Virus record (IMG/VR): IMGVR_UViG_3300020042_004001
Span: 1-31,541 of that record
Direction: 5' to 3' (one strand)
DNA length: 31,541 nucleotides
From: a virus
Taxonomy: Duplodnaviria; Caudoviricetes
Part shown: positions 16,914-24,115 of the stretch, piece by piece
Numbering within the stretch: position 1 is the stretch's first letter
Layout: the number at the start of each line of letters is the position of its first letter
Notes under the pieces: model-generated
What the model saw: the letters and a program-made list of their open reading frames with translations, nothing else
Databases searched by the model: none
What the model was told of the DNA's origin: nothing
Made by a program: the position numbers and the translations under genes

Positions 16914-18362
16914 ATGGCAACTGATATCGTTCCAACCCTGTTCGGCGTCACGACAGATTCATACCGGCAGGCGCAGCAAGCCAGGGCCGATGCTCAAGCA
17001 ATGGAGTATGCCAAGCTAGACCCGTTCCAGCAGGCCAACTACGCCATCGGTCGTGGTGCTTATGGCTTGGCCGGGGCGGTAGGCGGCGCTCTGGGCGGGC
17101 AAGACCCGGAGTTGCAGCGTATCTCGATGCGCCAGCAGATCGCGGGGCAGATTGACCCTAATGACCCAGCATCTATTGAGCAGGCTATTGTGGCGTTGTC
17201 GCGGGGCAACGACCCGCAAGGCGCGTTCCTGCTGCAAGCCGAGTACCGCAAGATGCAGGAAAGCGGTGCTTTGGTTGGGCAACGTCAGGCAGCGCGGACG
17301 GCATCGTTGGCGGACGCTGCTCAAAAACAACGCGACATTGACGAGACTAACCGCCAGCAGGGTATATATGCCCGGCTAAATCCGGCTGCGCCTGCGCCTG
17401 TTGATCCAAGCATTACTGACCCAGAAACAGGCACGGTCGCAACGCCAGTCACCCCGCAATCTGCGGCTACGGGCACTGCAATGCTGCCTGCAATGCTGCC
17501 GGCTGGTGAATCTGTCCCGGCTGCGCCAGTTCCGGCACAAACCCGCGCTGACATAGAACGGAAGATCGCAGATTTGCGAGAGCGGGAAGGTGTTTTGCTT
17601 GGCCTGACAAAAATATCTGGAGCGCAAGCCGAGGCTAAAAAGATAGGCGAGAATATCAAGGTCTTGCAGGCCGGCATCGCGCCGACTGAGCTTGCTCGTT
17701 GGGAGGGAGAGATTGCTCAATTTGAAGCAGAAGGTGTCCCGCGTACCGATCCGCGCATTGTTAATCGTTTGTCCAAGATTGCAAAACTTGTTGAAAATGT
17801 GCCACCAACAATTGCCGAGTTACAAGCATATAAAGCATTGTCCCCATCCGATAAAGCAGCATTTTTGCAATTGTTGGCATCAAAACGTCCTGCCACAACA
17901 ATCAATATGCCAAATGAGGGTGAAAGAAAAGCAGCGACCTTGGCTAACAGATTAAACTTTAGCGTTGACCAAATCAATCAAGCAATTGGAATAGACCCAA
18001 CTGCGGCAATGCCAAATACAAGCACTGAACTTGCAAGATTTTTGACTCGTTCAGAAATGATTACAAATAAAATGACATCAGCAAACCGTCAAATTGTAGA
18101 GGGTTCTCAATTAGATATTTTGGACGCTGCCCTAACTCTTGGGACTGGAGCCGCCTATACTCAGGCTCAACTTGAGGGATACCGCAAGTCATATTTCCCA
18201 CAAGTTAACGACAAGCCAGAAAATGTGGCTGCAAAAAGAGCAAGATTGCAAAACTTATTGAGAAGTGCCGAAATTGCATCTGGCAGGGCAAAAGTTCCAA
18301 CCCCGATGCCCTCTCCTGGCGCTGATTTATCTTCAATCATTACTGCTCCAGCAACCAAGTAA
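16914..18362 (+). CDS. Internal virion / DNA ejection protein 2
   Basis: 482 aa, Ala/Gln-rich helical, Pro-rich linker, C-terminal TGAA.T..........YFP...D.......K..R motif. Position. Confidence 0.65.
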   Translation: MATDIVPTLFGVTTDSYRQAQQARADAQAMEYAKLDPFQQANYAIGRGAYGLAGAVGGALGGQDPELQRISMRQQIAGQIDPNDPASIEQAIVALSRGNDPQGAFLLQAEYRKMQESGALVGQRQAARTASLADAAQKQRDIDETNRQQGIYARLNPAAPAPVDPSITDPETGTVATPVTPQSAATGTAMLPAMLPAGESVPAAPVPAQTRADIERKIADLREREGVLLGLTKISGAQAEAKKIGENIKVLQAGIAPTELARWEGEIAQFEAEGVPRTDPRIVNRLSKIAKLVENVPPTIAELQAYKALSPSDKAAFLQLLASKRPATTINMPNEGERKAATLANRLNFSVDQINQAIGIDPTAAMPNTSTELARFLTRSEMITNKMTSANRQIVEGSQLDILDAALTLGTGAAYTQAQLEGYRKSYFPQVNDKPENVAAKRARLQNLLRSAEIASGRAKVPTPMPSPGADLSSIITAPATK

Positions 18363-18371
18363 GGAACGATC

Positions 18372-20321
18372 ATGGGATTGCGAGAAGATCAAATTGCAGA
18401 AGCAAGGGCGACGAAAACGCCTGATGGTAAAAGAATTTATTCTGATGAACAGATTGATGCTTATGTCAGGCAGTTAGATTTGCAGCAAACATTCAGCCGC
18501 AGTGTCCTGGACCCCAACCAACCAGAGCCACCATCACAGTTGCTACGGCAAGCAGCGCAAGGCATATCGCTTAACACGGCAGATGAAATTGAGGCTTATC
18601 TAAGAACGCTTGGCGGCGGTGATAGAGAGGCGGTCTTGCGTGATGTACGCATGAAATTGAAAAACTACCAAGCAGCAAGCCCGATTGCATCAACTGCCGC
18701 AGAGATTGCGGGGTCGGTGCCCTTGGCGGTTGTTGGTGGGCCTGCTGCTGGATCAACTCTACTGAGGTCTGCCCTTAAAGTTGGCGCTGTTGGTGCTGGT
18801 ATGGGTGCCGGCAGTGGCTTTGGCAGGGCCGAGGGCGATGTTGTTGAAAGGCTTGGGCCTGCGGTGGTTGGCGGCGCAACAGGCGCAGTAGCAGCCCCGT
18901 TAGCCTTTGGTGGTCTGAAGATTCTCGGCGCTCTTGCTGACCCAGTTCTGGATTTTGCTTCAAGAAAGTTTGGCGACAAGTTTTCACGGTCGGTGGAGAC
19001 TGAGATCAGGCGCATCACTGAAGCAACCCAAATGACGCCAGATGAGATCGTGCAGCGCGTGGCTAACGGTGAGCCTCTGTCAGAAAATAAGGCGTTGTTA
19101 AGCGCAGTGCGATTGCTTTATGCCCAGGGTGGTCAACCCGCCAGCATTTTGCGAGGGTCATTGGGGACTAGGCCAGAGGCTTTGCGTGAGGGTGTAATTG
19201 CAGACATTCAACAAACATTAACCGGCAACATCAAAGACCCTAATGTGCTGCGAGGATTTAATGCGTCTGAAGCAGATCGTGTAGCCGTAAGAAATCAACT
19301 TTATGAGCAGGCATATAAGTCCGGTGGAATCATTACACCGAAAATGCTGGCTGCTTTCAGAGAGGCACTGAAAAGAGCGCCTGATGCTGCTGAAAATATT
19401 AACTCATTGCACTTGGCAAAAACTGGGCAAAAACCATTCTTCAAACTTGATGATGCTGGTGAGATTCAGTTTGTTAGAGCGCCAAACATTCAGGACATGG
19501 AAACCGCCAGGAGAGGCATCCAAACAACAATCAACAACAAATTCAAATCAGGCCAAGGTGATGTCGGGACAGAACTAAAGCCCTTTGAAACAGCATTGAG
19601 GCAAGAGATTAACAATTCTTCTCAGGCGCTCAAAGATGCCAGAGCTACTGCCGCCAGCAATAAAGTGACAACAGAATCATTTGACGCTGGAAAGAGAGCC
19701 TTTGGGAAAAGTCCAGATCAAATTGAGATTGAATTTGAATCTATTGTTGGAAAGGGCGGCGATGCCTTGTCAGCATACAGGGCTGGCGTCATGGATCAAC
19801 TGCGGTCAAAAATGTCATCTGGTGGCAGAACGAGCATGATGAGCAAGCTGGAAGATGCCAATACAAAAGAGGGTGCAATTTTCAGAATCATTTATCCTCA
19901 AGACAAGGTTGATGGAATCCTAAAGCTGGCTGCAACGGCGGCACAGTCTCAACGTGCTGCTGGAAAAGTCATGGGAGGCTCAGACACCTTTGCAATGCAG
20001 GCCGAGGCCAAGCAACAGGGCATCAACATTTCTGGTCAAGAAGTTTTGAGTGCTCTTGGCGGAGATAGTTTCAGTGCTGCCAGAATTTTAGGCAAATGGA
20101 TGCAAAAAAATGCGCCAAATTTGACACCTGAACAAAAGCAAGAAGTTGCCAAAATTTTGATTTCAACTGACAAAGATTTAATCAAAAAAGCATTGATGGA
20201 TAACTCAAAGTGGGATGAAATACAGCGTAAGGCCAGAGCAATTGGAAGCCGCATTACCCGTACCACACCCGGCCTGTTTAACGTCCCAACGCAAAATCTA
20301 AGAGAAATGATCTCGCAATAG
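18372..20321 (+). CDS. Internal virion / DNA ejection protein 3
   Basis: QG.SLN.ADEIEA, P....AEIAG and Gly-zipper GA.GA..GA..GFG..EG segments. Last gene before lysis. AAGGA RBS. Confidence 0.7.
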   Translation: MGLREDQIAEARATKTPDGKRIYSDEQIDAYVRQLDLQQTFSRSVLDPNQPEPPSQLLRQAAQGISLNTADEIEAYLRTLGGGDREAVLRDVRMKLKNYQAASPIASTAAEIAGSVPLAVVGGPAAGSTLLRSALKVGAVGAGMGAGSGFGRAEGDVVERLGPAVVGGATGAVAAPLAFGGLKILGALADPVLDFASRKFGDKFSRSVETEIRRITEATQMTPDEIVQRVANGEPLSENKALLSAVRLLYAQGGQPASILRGSLGTRPEALREGVIADIQQTLTGNIKDPNVLRGFNASEADRVAVRNQLYEQAYKSGGIITPKMLAAFREALKRAPDAAENINSLHLAKTGQKPFFKLDDAGEIQFVRAPNIQDMETARRGIQTTINNKFKSGQGDVGTELKPFETALRQEINNSSQALKDARATAASNKVTTESFDAGKRAFGKSPDQIEIEFESIVGKGGDALSAYRAGVMDQLRSKMSSGGRTSMMSKLEDANTKEGAIFRIIYPQDKVDGILKLAATAAQSQRAAGKVMGGSDTFAMQAEAKQQGINISGQEVLSALGGDSFSAARILGKWMQKNAPNLTPEQKQEVAKILISTDKDLIKKALMDNSKWDEIQRKARAIGSRITRTTPGLFNVPTQNLREMISQ

Positions 20322-20330
20322 GAGTAAATC

Positions 20331-20816
20331 ATGGACTGGCTCAGACAGATTGCACCAACGATTGCCACGGCCCTGGGTGGGCCGCTGGCGGGCATGGCAG
20401 TGTCTGCCATCAGCAAAGCCATCGGCGTTGACCCCGATCAAGTGACCGACCTGATCGCCAACAACAAGCTGACCGCCGAGCAGATTGCCCAGGTCAAAAT
20501 TGCTGAGATTGAGCTGCAAAAGCAGGCGCAGGAGCTTGGCCTGAACTTTGCGAAGCTAGATGTTGAAGATCGCAAGTCAGCGCGGGATATGCAGGCCACT
20601 ACCCGATCCATGATGCCGCCCCTGCTGGCTGGCGCTGTGACTGTTGGATTTTTCTCCATCATGGTGATGATGTTCTTCAACAAGATTGACAGCGCCAACC
20701 CCGCCATCTTGATGATGCTGGGTAGCCTAGGCACCGCCTGGACGGGCATCATCGCCTACTATTTTGGCTCCAGCGCCGGGAGCCAAGCTAAAACAGATTT
20801 GTTGAGCAAGAAATGA
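20331..20816 (+). CDS. Holin (3TM/GTA-holin-like)
   Basis: APT.ATALGGPLAG.A, D...DR.SAR.MQ, two C-terminal TM helices ending YYFGSS.GS..K. Overlaps the endolysin start. Confidence 0.8.
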   Translation: MDWLRQIAPTIATALGGPLAGMAVSAISKAIGVDPDQVTDLIANNKLTAEQIAQVKIAEIELQKQAQELGLNFAKLDVEDRKSARDMQATTRSMMPPLLAGAVTVGFFSIMVMMFFNKIDSANPAILMMLGSLGTAWTGIIAYYFGSSAGSQAKTDLLSKK

Positions 20817-21232
20817 ACCTCAGTGAACACTTCACCCTTGAGGAACTGACGGCCACCAGCCACCGTCAGTTCGACAACACGCCAAATAACCACGAAACGG
20901 CAAATTTGCAGCGGCTAGCTGAGTTTCTTGAGCTGGTTAGAATACATCTCTACAGCAAGCCCCTAATGATTACGTCAGGGTATCGCTCCAAAGCCGTCAA
21001 TGATTCGGTAGGCTCCAAAGACACCTCTCAGCATAGGTTGGGCTTGGCGTGTGACTTTAGAGTGCCGGGGATGGCGCCAGACGCTGTGGTGAGGACGATC
21101 ATTGCAACCAAGCTGCCGTTCGATCAGATCATCCGTGAGTTCGACGCCTGGACGCACATCAGCATTGCCGACAAGCCCCGGCGTCAGGCGCTGATTATTG
21201 ACCGGGCGGGCACCAGAGCGTTTAACCTTTAG
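20813..21232 (+). CDS. Endolysin, peptidase M15 family (Zn-dependent)
   Basis: LSEHFTLEEL, ITSGYRS..VN..VG....SQH..G.A.D, FDQII.E...W.HIS (H-D-H zinc ligands). Confidence 0.9.
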   Translation: MNLSEHFTLEELTATSHRQFDNTPNNHETANLQRLAEFLELVRIHLYSKPLMITSGYRSKAVNDSVGSKDTSQHRLGLACDFRVPGMAPDAVVRTIIATKLPFDQIIREFDAWTHISIADKPRRQALIIDRAGTRAFNL

Positions 21233-21588
21233 CCGTCCAACGTTTTATTGCGCCGTGCCAGTGCGTAGAGGGGGACATCTTCGTCAAACGCCTGATGTCG
21301 CGTCAGCATTGTCAGCACACCGCGTCCCTCTGTCAGCAGCGGTCGAAACTTCTCGGCGTCGATAAATCCCACCAACTGCGCCTCCCATGCGCTGCCGCAG
21401 CGCCGCTCTATCAGTCGCGCAAAGTCCAGCGTCCCGCCGGGGTTTGGAGCGCATTGCGCCCACAGCGCCCTAATTTCCTCATCCGTCATTGGAATGCGCG
21501 AATCCTGCGCTTCAATGGTCAGCTTATCGGTCGCCTCTTGTGCAAACTTTTCTAAATTTTCCCGGGACCAATTTGAGAATTTTGACAT
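21229..21588 (-). CDS. Hypothetical protein
   Basis: Start re-assigned to ATG 21588 (MSKFSNWSRENLEKFA). Contains PMTDEEI..LW......FAR.IE, a common phage early-gene motif. Confidence 0.7.
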   Translation of the reverse strand: MSKFSNWSRENLEKFAQEATDKLTIEAQDSRIPMTDEEIRALWAQCAPNPGGTLDFARLIERRCGSAWEAQLVGFIDAEKFRPLLTEGRGVLTMLTRHQAFDEDVPLYALARRNKTLDG

Positions 21589-21589
21589 G

Positions 21590-21823
21590 TTATTTCCAGA
21601 CGTTAAAAACACTCTTATTACCAACTTCAATCAGCGTGTCCACTGGACGCAGCTTGCGAATTCTCGCTTGAAGGGGCAACTTGAAATCCTTGTCCGCGTA
21701 CTCTCTTGTCACGATGCTCTTAGCACAGGTCGGGCACACCCTGCGGCGGTAAATTCCAGAATCGTCTTTTCGGGTTTCAAGAATAAGAGAGTCAAAAGGG
21801 GCTTCGCAGTGCGGGCACTTCAT
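21590..21823 (-). CDS. NrdR-N-terminal-like zinc-ribbon protein
   Basis: MKCPHC....S.ILETR......YRRRVCPTC.....T.E matches the NrdR Zn-ribbon pattern. No ATP cone. Confidence 0.75.
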   Translation of the reverse strand: MKCPHCEAPFDSLILETRKDDSGIYRRRVCPTCAKSIVTREYADKDFKLPLQARIRKLRPVDTLIEVGNKSVFNVWK

Positions 21824-22248
21824 CTCGGCCCTTTATTCACGTTCCAATCAGTAGCGTGATTGCGATTTGCGTATTTGGTAATGCTGTATTCGATTTTTGC
21901 ACGGCTGCGTTTGGCTGCTCTCTGTTCTGCACCCAGCGCCTTGTCTTCCACAGCTTCTTTCTCAGTGTCGTATTTTGATTCTTTCAGTTTATTCAGCAGC
22001 GCAATATCTTTCTCTGCGGGCTGCTCCCACAACCGTTTGCTAATTTTTGACAAATGATTAGCTACGAATACCCGCACACCTATTTTCCAGGGGAATCCGA
22101 ACGCGGGTGTACGCAGCAACGCTGGCTCAAACTCCCCCAGTTTTTTATTCGTTATGCTCTGAAACGACAGCACAACGTCAAACACAGTGCCCGCTTTGCG
22201 CCATGTTCGGATTAAACATGCGTCCCAGTATTCTTGCGGCGTACTCAT
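21820..22248 (-). CDS. Hypothetical protein
   Basis: Start re-assigned to ATG 22248 (MSTPQEYWDACL) by ATGA overlap with the upstream gene. Also ATGA-coupled downstream. Confidence 0.7.
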   Translation of the reverse strand: MSTPQEYWDACLIRTWRKAGTVFDVVLSFQSITNKKLGEFEPALLRTPAFGFPWKIGVRVFVANHLSKISKRLWEQPAEKDIALLNKLKESKYDTEKEAVEDKALGAEQRAAKRSRAKIEYSITKYANRNHATDWNVNKGPR

Positions 22249-22409
22249 TTTGGATGCCGCCTGTTGAAAAAATTCATCCAACACTTCGCGCAGTGCCACT
22301 TGTCTTTGACCTCCACGCCCCCTTTCGGGTCAGCGTCTAGCTTGCACACGCCACAAGCCTTCAGCTTTTGCACCGCGTTGATGCGCTCGTCGGTGGTGAC
22401 ATTTCTCAT
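22245..22409 (-). CDS. 54-aa zinc-finger protein (not in the ORF track)
   Basis: MRNVTTDERINAVQKLKACGVCKLDADPKGGVEVKDKWHCAKCWMNFFNRRHPK. Two CxxC pairs, ATGA overlaps at both ends. Confidence 0.75.
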   Translation of the reverse strand: MRNVTTDERINAVQKLKACGVCKLDADPKGGVEVKDKWHCAKCWMNFFNRRHPK

Positions 22410-22534
22410 TTCACCAACACATCAAAGTAAGCCAGCATCAACGCCAGCGCCCCGCCGATCATTGCAAACGCAGCGAGTGCGTCCCGGACGGCGCGGATCG
22501 CGCGGCCCTTGCTGGTGAAAATGTTTCGGGTCAT
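22406..22534 (-). CDS. 42-aa single-pass membrane protein (not in the ORF track)
   Basis: MTRNIFTSKGRAIRAVRDALAAFAMIGGALALMLAYFDVLVK. AGGGG RBS, ATGA overlaps. Confidence 0.7.
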   Translation of the reverse strand: MTRNIFTSKGRAIRAVRDALAAFAMIGGALALMLAYFDVLVK

Positions 22535-22719
22535 GCTGATGCCCCTTGTTGCAACTTTTGAGAAATCGCTGCAAGGCTTGCAGCAATGATTTGATCTTTG
22601 ACGTTATCAAAATTGCTTGCCGCCCAAGCTCCGCCGATCTTGCGTATGCGATACACCGCGCGGCCTCGAAAGCCGATGTACTCACCGGCACGGAAGGTGG
22701 ATTTTTCAAGATTTTTCAT
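22531..22719 (-). CDS. Hypothetical protein
   Basis: 62 aa, AAGGA RBS, ATGA overlaps at both ends. Confidence 0.75.
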   Translation of the reverse strand: MKNLEKSTFRAGEYIGFRGRAVYRIRKIGGAWAASNFDNVKDQIIAASLAAISQKLQQGASA

Positions 22720-22859
22720 GCTGTTTTTTCCTTAGTTAATTTGCTGATGTACCGCCGCACTTTGGCGGCGTGTTCTAGGCTGAGGTAGAACTCAACCCTG
22801 GTTAGGCCAAGCGCCTTTCGGCGCTGGCGTAGGGCTTGGACTCGTTGGGTGGGGGTCAT
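22716..22859 (-). CDS. 47-aa basic protein, ribbon-helix-helix/antitoxin-like DNA binder (not in the ORF track)
   Basis: MTPTQRVQALRQRRKALGLTRVEFYLSLEHAAKVRRYISKLTKEKTA. The R.RRK..GL.RVE.Y pattern is common in small phage regulators. Confidence 0.7.
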   Translation of the reverse strand: MTPTQRVQALRQRRKALGLTRVEFYLSLEHAAKVRRYISKLTKEKTA

Positions 22860-22886
22860 GCTAGGCCGCGACGTACTCGGCGCATC

Positions 22887-23018
22887 TTAGTAATCCATTG
22901 AATATGCGTCCGCCGCCGCCTTTTTGGTCGGAAAATGACCGAAATAGATATAGGCACCCCCGCGCTTGAACCACACCTTGAACCCGTAAGTAGTTTTTTC
23001 GAATCTAAATTTAGGCAT
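22887..23018 (-). CDS. 43-aa protein with AP2-domain-like motif (not in the ORF track)
   Basis: MPKFRFEKTTYGFKVWFKRGGAYIYFGHFPTKKAAADAYSMDY. AGGAG RBS within the 29-bp repeat. Confidence 0.7.
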   Translation of the reverse strand: MPKFRFEKTTYGFKVWFKRGGAYIYFGHFPTKKAAADAYSMDY

Positions 23019-23043
23019 TTTGCTTTCTCCTGGTTGTTTGGTT
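23015..23043 (-). repeat. Start-associated 29-bp direct repeat, copy 1 (RBS plus ATG)
   Basis: Minus strand AACCAAACAACCAGGAGAAAGCAAAATGC, 28/29 identical to 23294-23322. Confidence 0.9.
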
Positions 23044-23075
23044 GGTCAGGCTGCGGCGCTGGCCGCCGGAGGCCA

Positions 23076-23297
23076 TCAGGCCATTAGCCTGTGCTGCCCC
23101 CAAGGGGCGGCACGCTCTACCCACACACGCGCCAGTTCGCGCGAGCAGCCCTTGCGGGCTTGGATGTGCTTGACGCACATCCAATAGATCTCGTCCCGGG
23201 CGATGACGCCCGCAGTGCCGGTAAACCCGGCAACTTGGCGCCAGAGCGCCAAGGTTTGCGCCGTGTTGAAAATAGAGAGGTCGAGGACGTCTTGCAT
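23076..23297 (-). CDS. Hypothetical early protein bracketed by the 29-bp repeats
   Basis: 73 aa, GGAG RBS inside repeat copy 2. Confidence 0.75.
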   Translation of the reverse strand: MQDVLDLSIFNTAQTLALWRQVAGFTGTAGVIARDEIYWMCVKHIQARKGCSRELARVWVERAAPWGQHRLMA

Positions 23298-23322
23298 TTT
23301 GCTTTCTCCGGGTTGTTTGGTT
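23294..23322 (-). repeat. Start-associated 29-bp direct repeat, copy 2
   Basis: Minus strand AACCAAACAACCCGGAGAAAGCAAAATGC, begins right after the upstream TAA. Confidence 0.9.
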
Positions 23323-23526
23323 TTATGCGGCTGCTTTGCGTGCGTCCATCTTGGCGTTCACAGCAAACTGCTTGCTGGTTTCGCACTTGATGCAGCGGTA
23401 CTGAACTGGCTCGTTTTTGTAGTCGGCCCAGTTGGCTGCCATTGGGGTACGCAGGATGTTGCGGCCACAAGCTGTTTTCGATGCCATGCCGCTGCCGGAC
23501 TTGTTGAGGTGCATTTGATGTGTCAT
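23323..23526 (-). CDS. Small His/Cys (putative Zn-binding) early protein
   Basis: Start re-assigned to ATG 23526 (GGAG RBS). H....TACG....RCIKC motif. Confidence 0.75.
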   Translation of the reverse strand: MTHQMHLNKSGSGMASKTACGRNILRTPMAANWADYKNEPVQYRCIKCETSKQFAVNAKMDARKAAA

Positions 23527-23557
23527 TTTATTTCTCCGTTGTGTTGTTGACAGCGCA

Positions 23558-23602
23558 ATCATAGTTTGTTTCCGGCAACGACCAAAATAGGGACAAACCC
23601 TA
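23558..23602 (-). promoter_or_regulatory. Putative sigma70 promoter with upstream TAGGG-N5-CCCTA palindrome
   Basis: Minus strand TAGGGTTTGTCCCTA-tt-TTGGTC-16 nt-TATGAT, ~30 nt before the ATG at 23526. Confidence 0.55.
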
Positions 23603-23930
23603 ACACCATATCTTTAGCCTGATCAGCCCCCTTCGCCACCATGCAGGTGTAGCCGCAGCCCTCCAGGTAAGCAATCCAGTCCTTCTGCTCGGCGCTGAGA
23701 CTGCCCCCCTTGGTACGCTTCATTTCCACCCATAGCCTCCAGGCCGGGATGCAAAGATCAGGCACGCCAGGCGAGACGCCCTCGACCTTCAACCGCCCCG
23801 CTGTAGCTATGCTCCTAGCCCCGCCATTGGGGATCGCAAAGATTCTTACGCCCTTGTAGCCTTGGCGAAACCAGCGCACGAACTCACGCTGCTCCTCATG
23901 CTCGGTGGGGCTGCGGCCTAGAACGGACAT
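23559..23930 (-). CDS. VRR-NUC domain nuclease (putative Holliday junction resolvase)
   Basis: EHEEQ..FV.W, FAIPNGG.R, GV.PGVPDL, VEMKR..GG.LS.EQK.W...L...GY motifs. Start ATG 23930 after GGAGG. Confidence 0.9.
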   Translation of the reverse strand: MSVLGRSPTEHEEQREFVRWFRQGYKGVRIFAIPNGGARSIATAGRLKVEGVSPGVPDLCIPAWRLWVEMKRTKGGSLSAEQKDWIAYLEGCGYTCMVAKGADQAKDMVLGFVPILVVAGNKL

Positions 23931-24115
23931 TGCACCTCCCACTTCGGGCACTCGCCCACGGTGGCCGCGAACTCTGCTGGCGGCTGCATCCAAAACTCGG
24001 TGCATAGACCATCGACCCCGTAGTGTTCACAGGTGTGGCAGCACTTGGGTGGGCCTGCCTTGAGCCACTTGCGATAGTCAATCAGGAATTGTGGCTCTGG
24101 TGGTCTGGTTTTCAT
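23918..24115 (-). CDS. Small Cys-rich protein
   Basis: PPKCCHTCEHY...G.C..F...PP.........C..W...PF. ATGA overlap with the helicase stop. Confidence 0.75.
   Translation of the reverse strand: MKTRPPEPQFLIDYRKWLKAGPPKCCHTCEHYGVDGLCTEFWMQPPAEFAATVGECPKWEVQCPF

Noticed and set aside
23015-23322. 29-bp repeats as a mini CRISPR array or att sites
   Set aside because: Only two copies, 279 bp apart, each containing an RBS and start codon. No integrase in the window.
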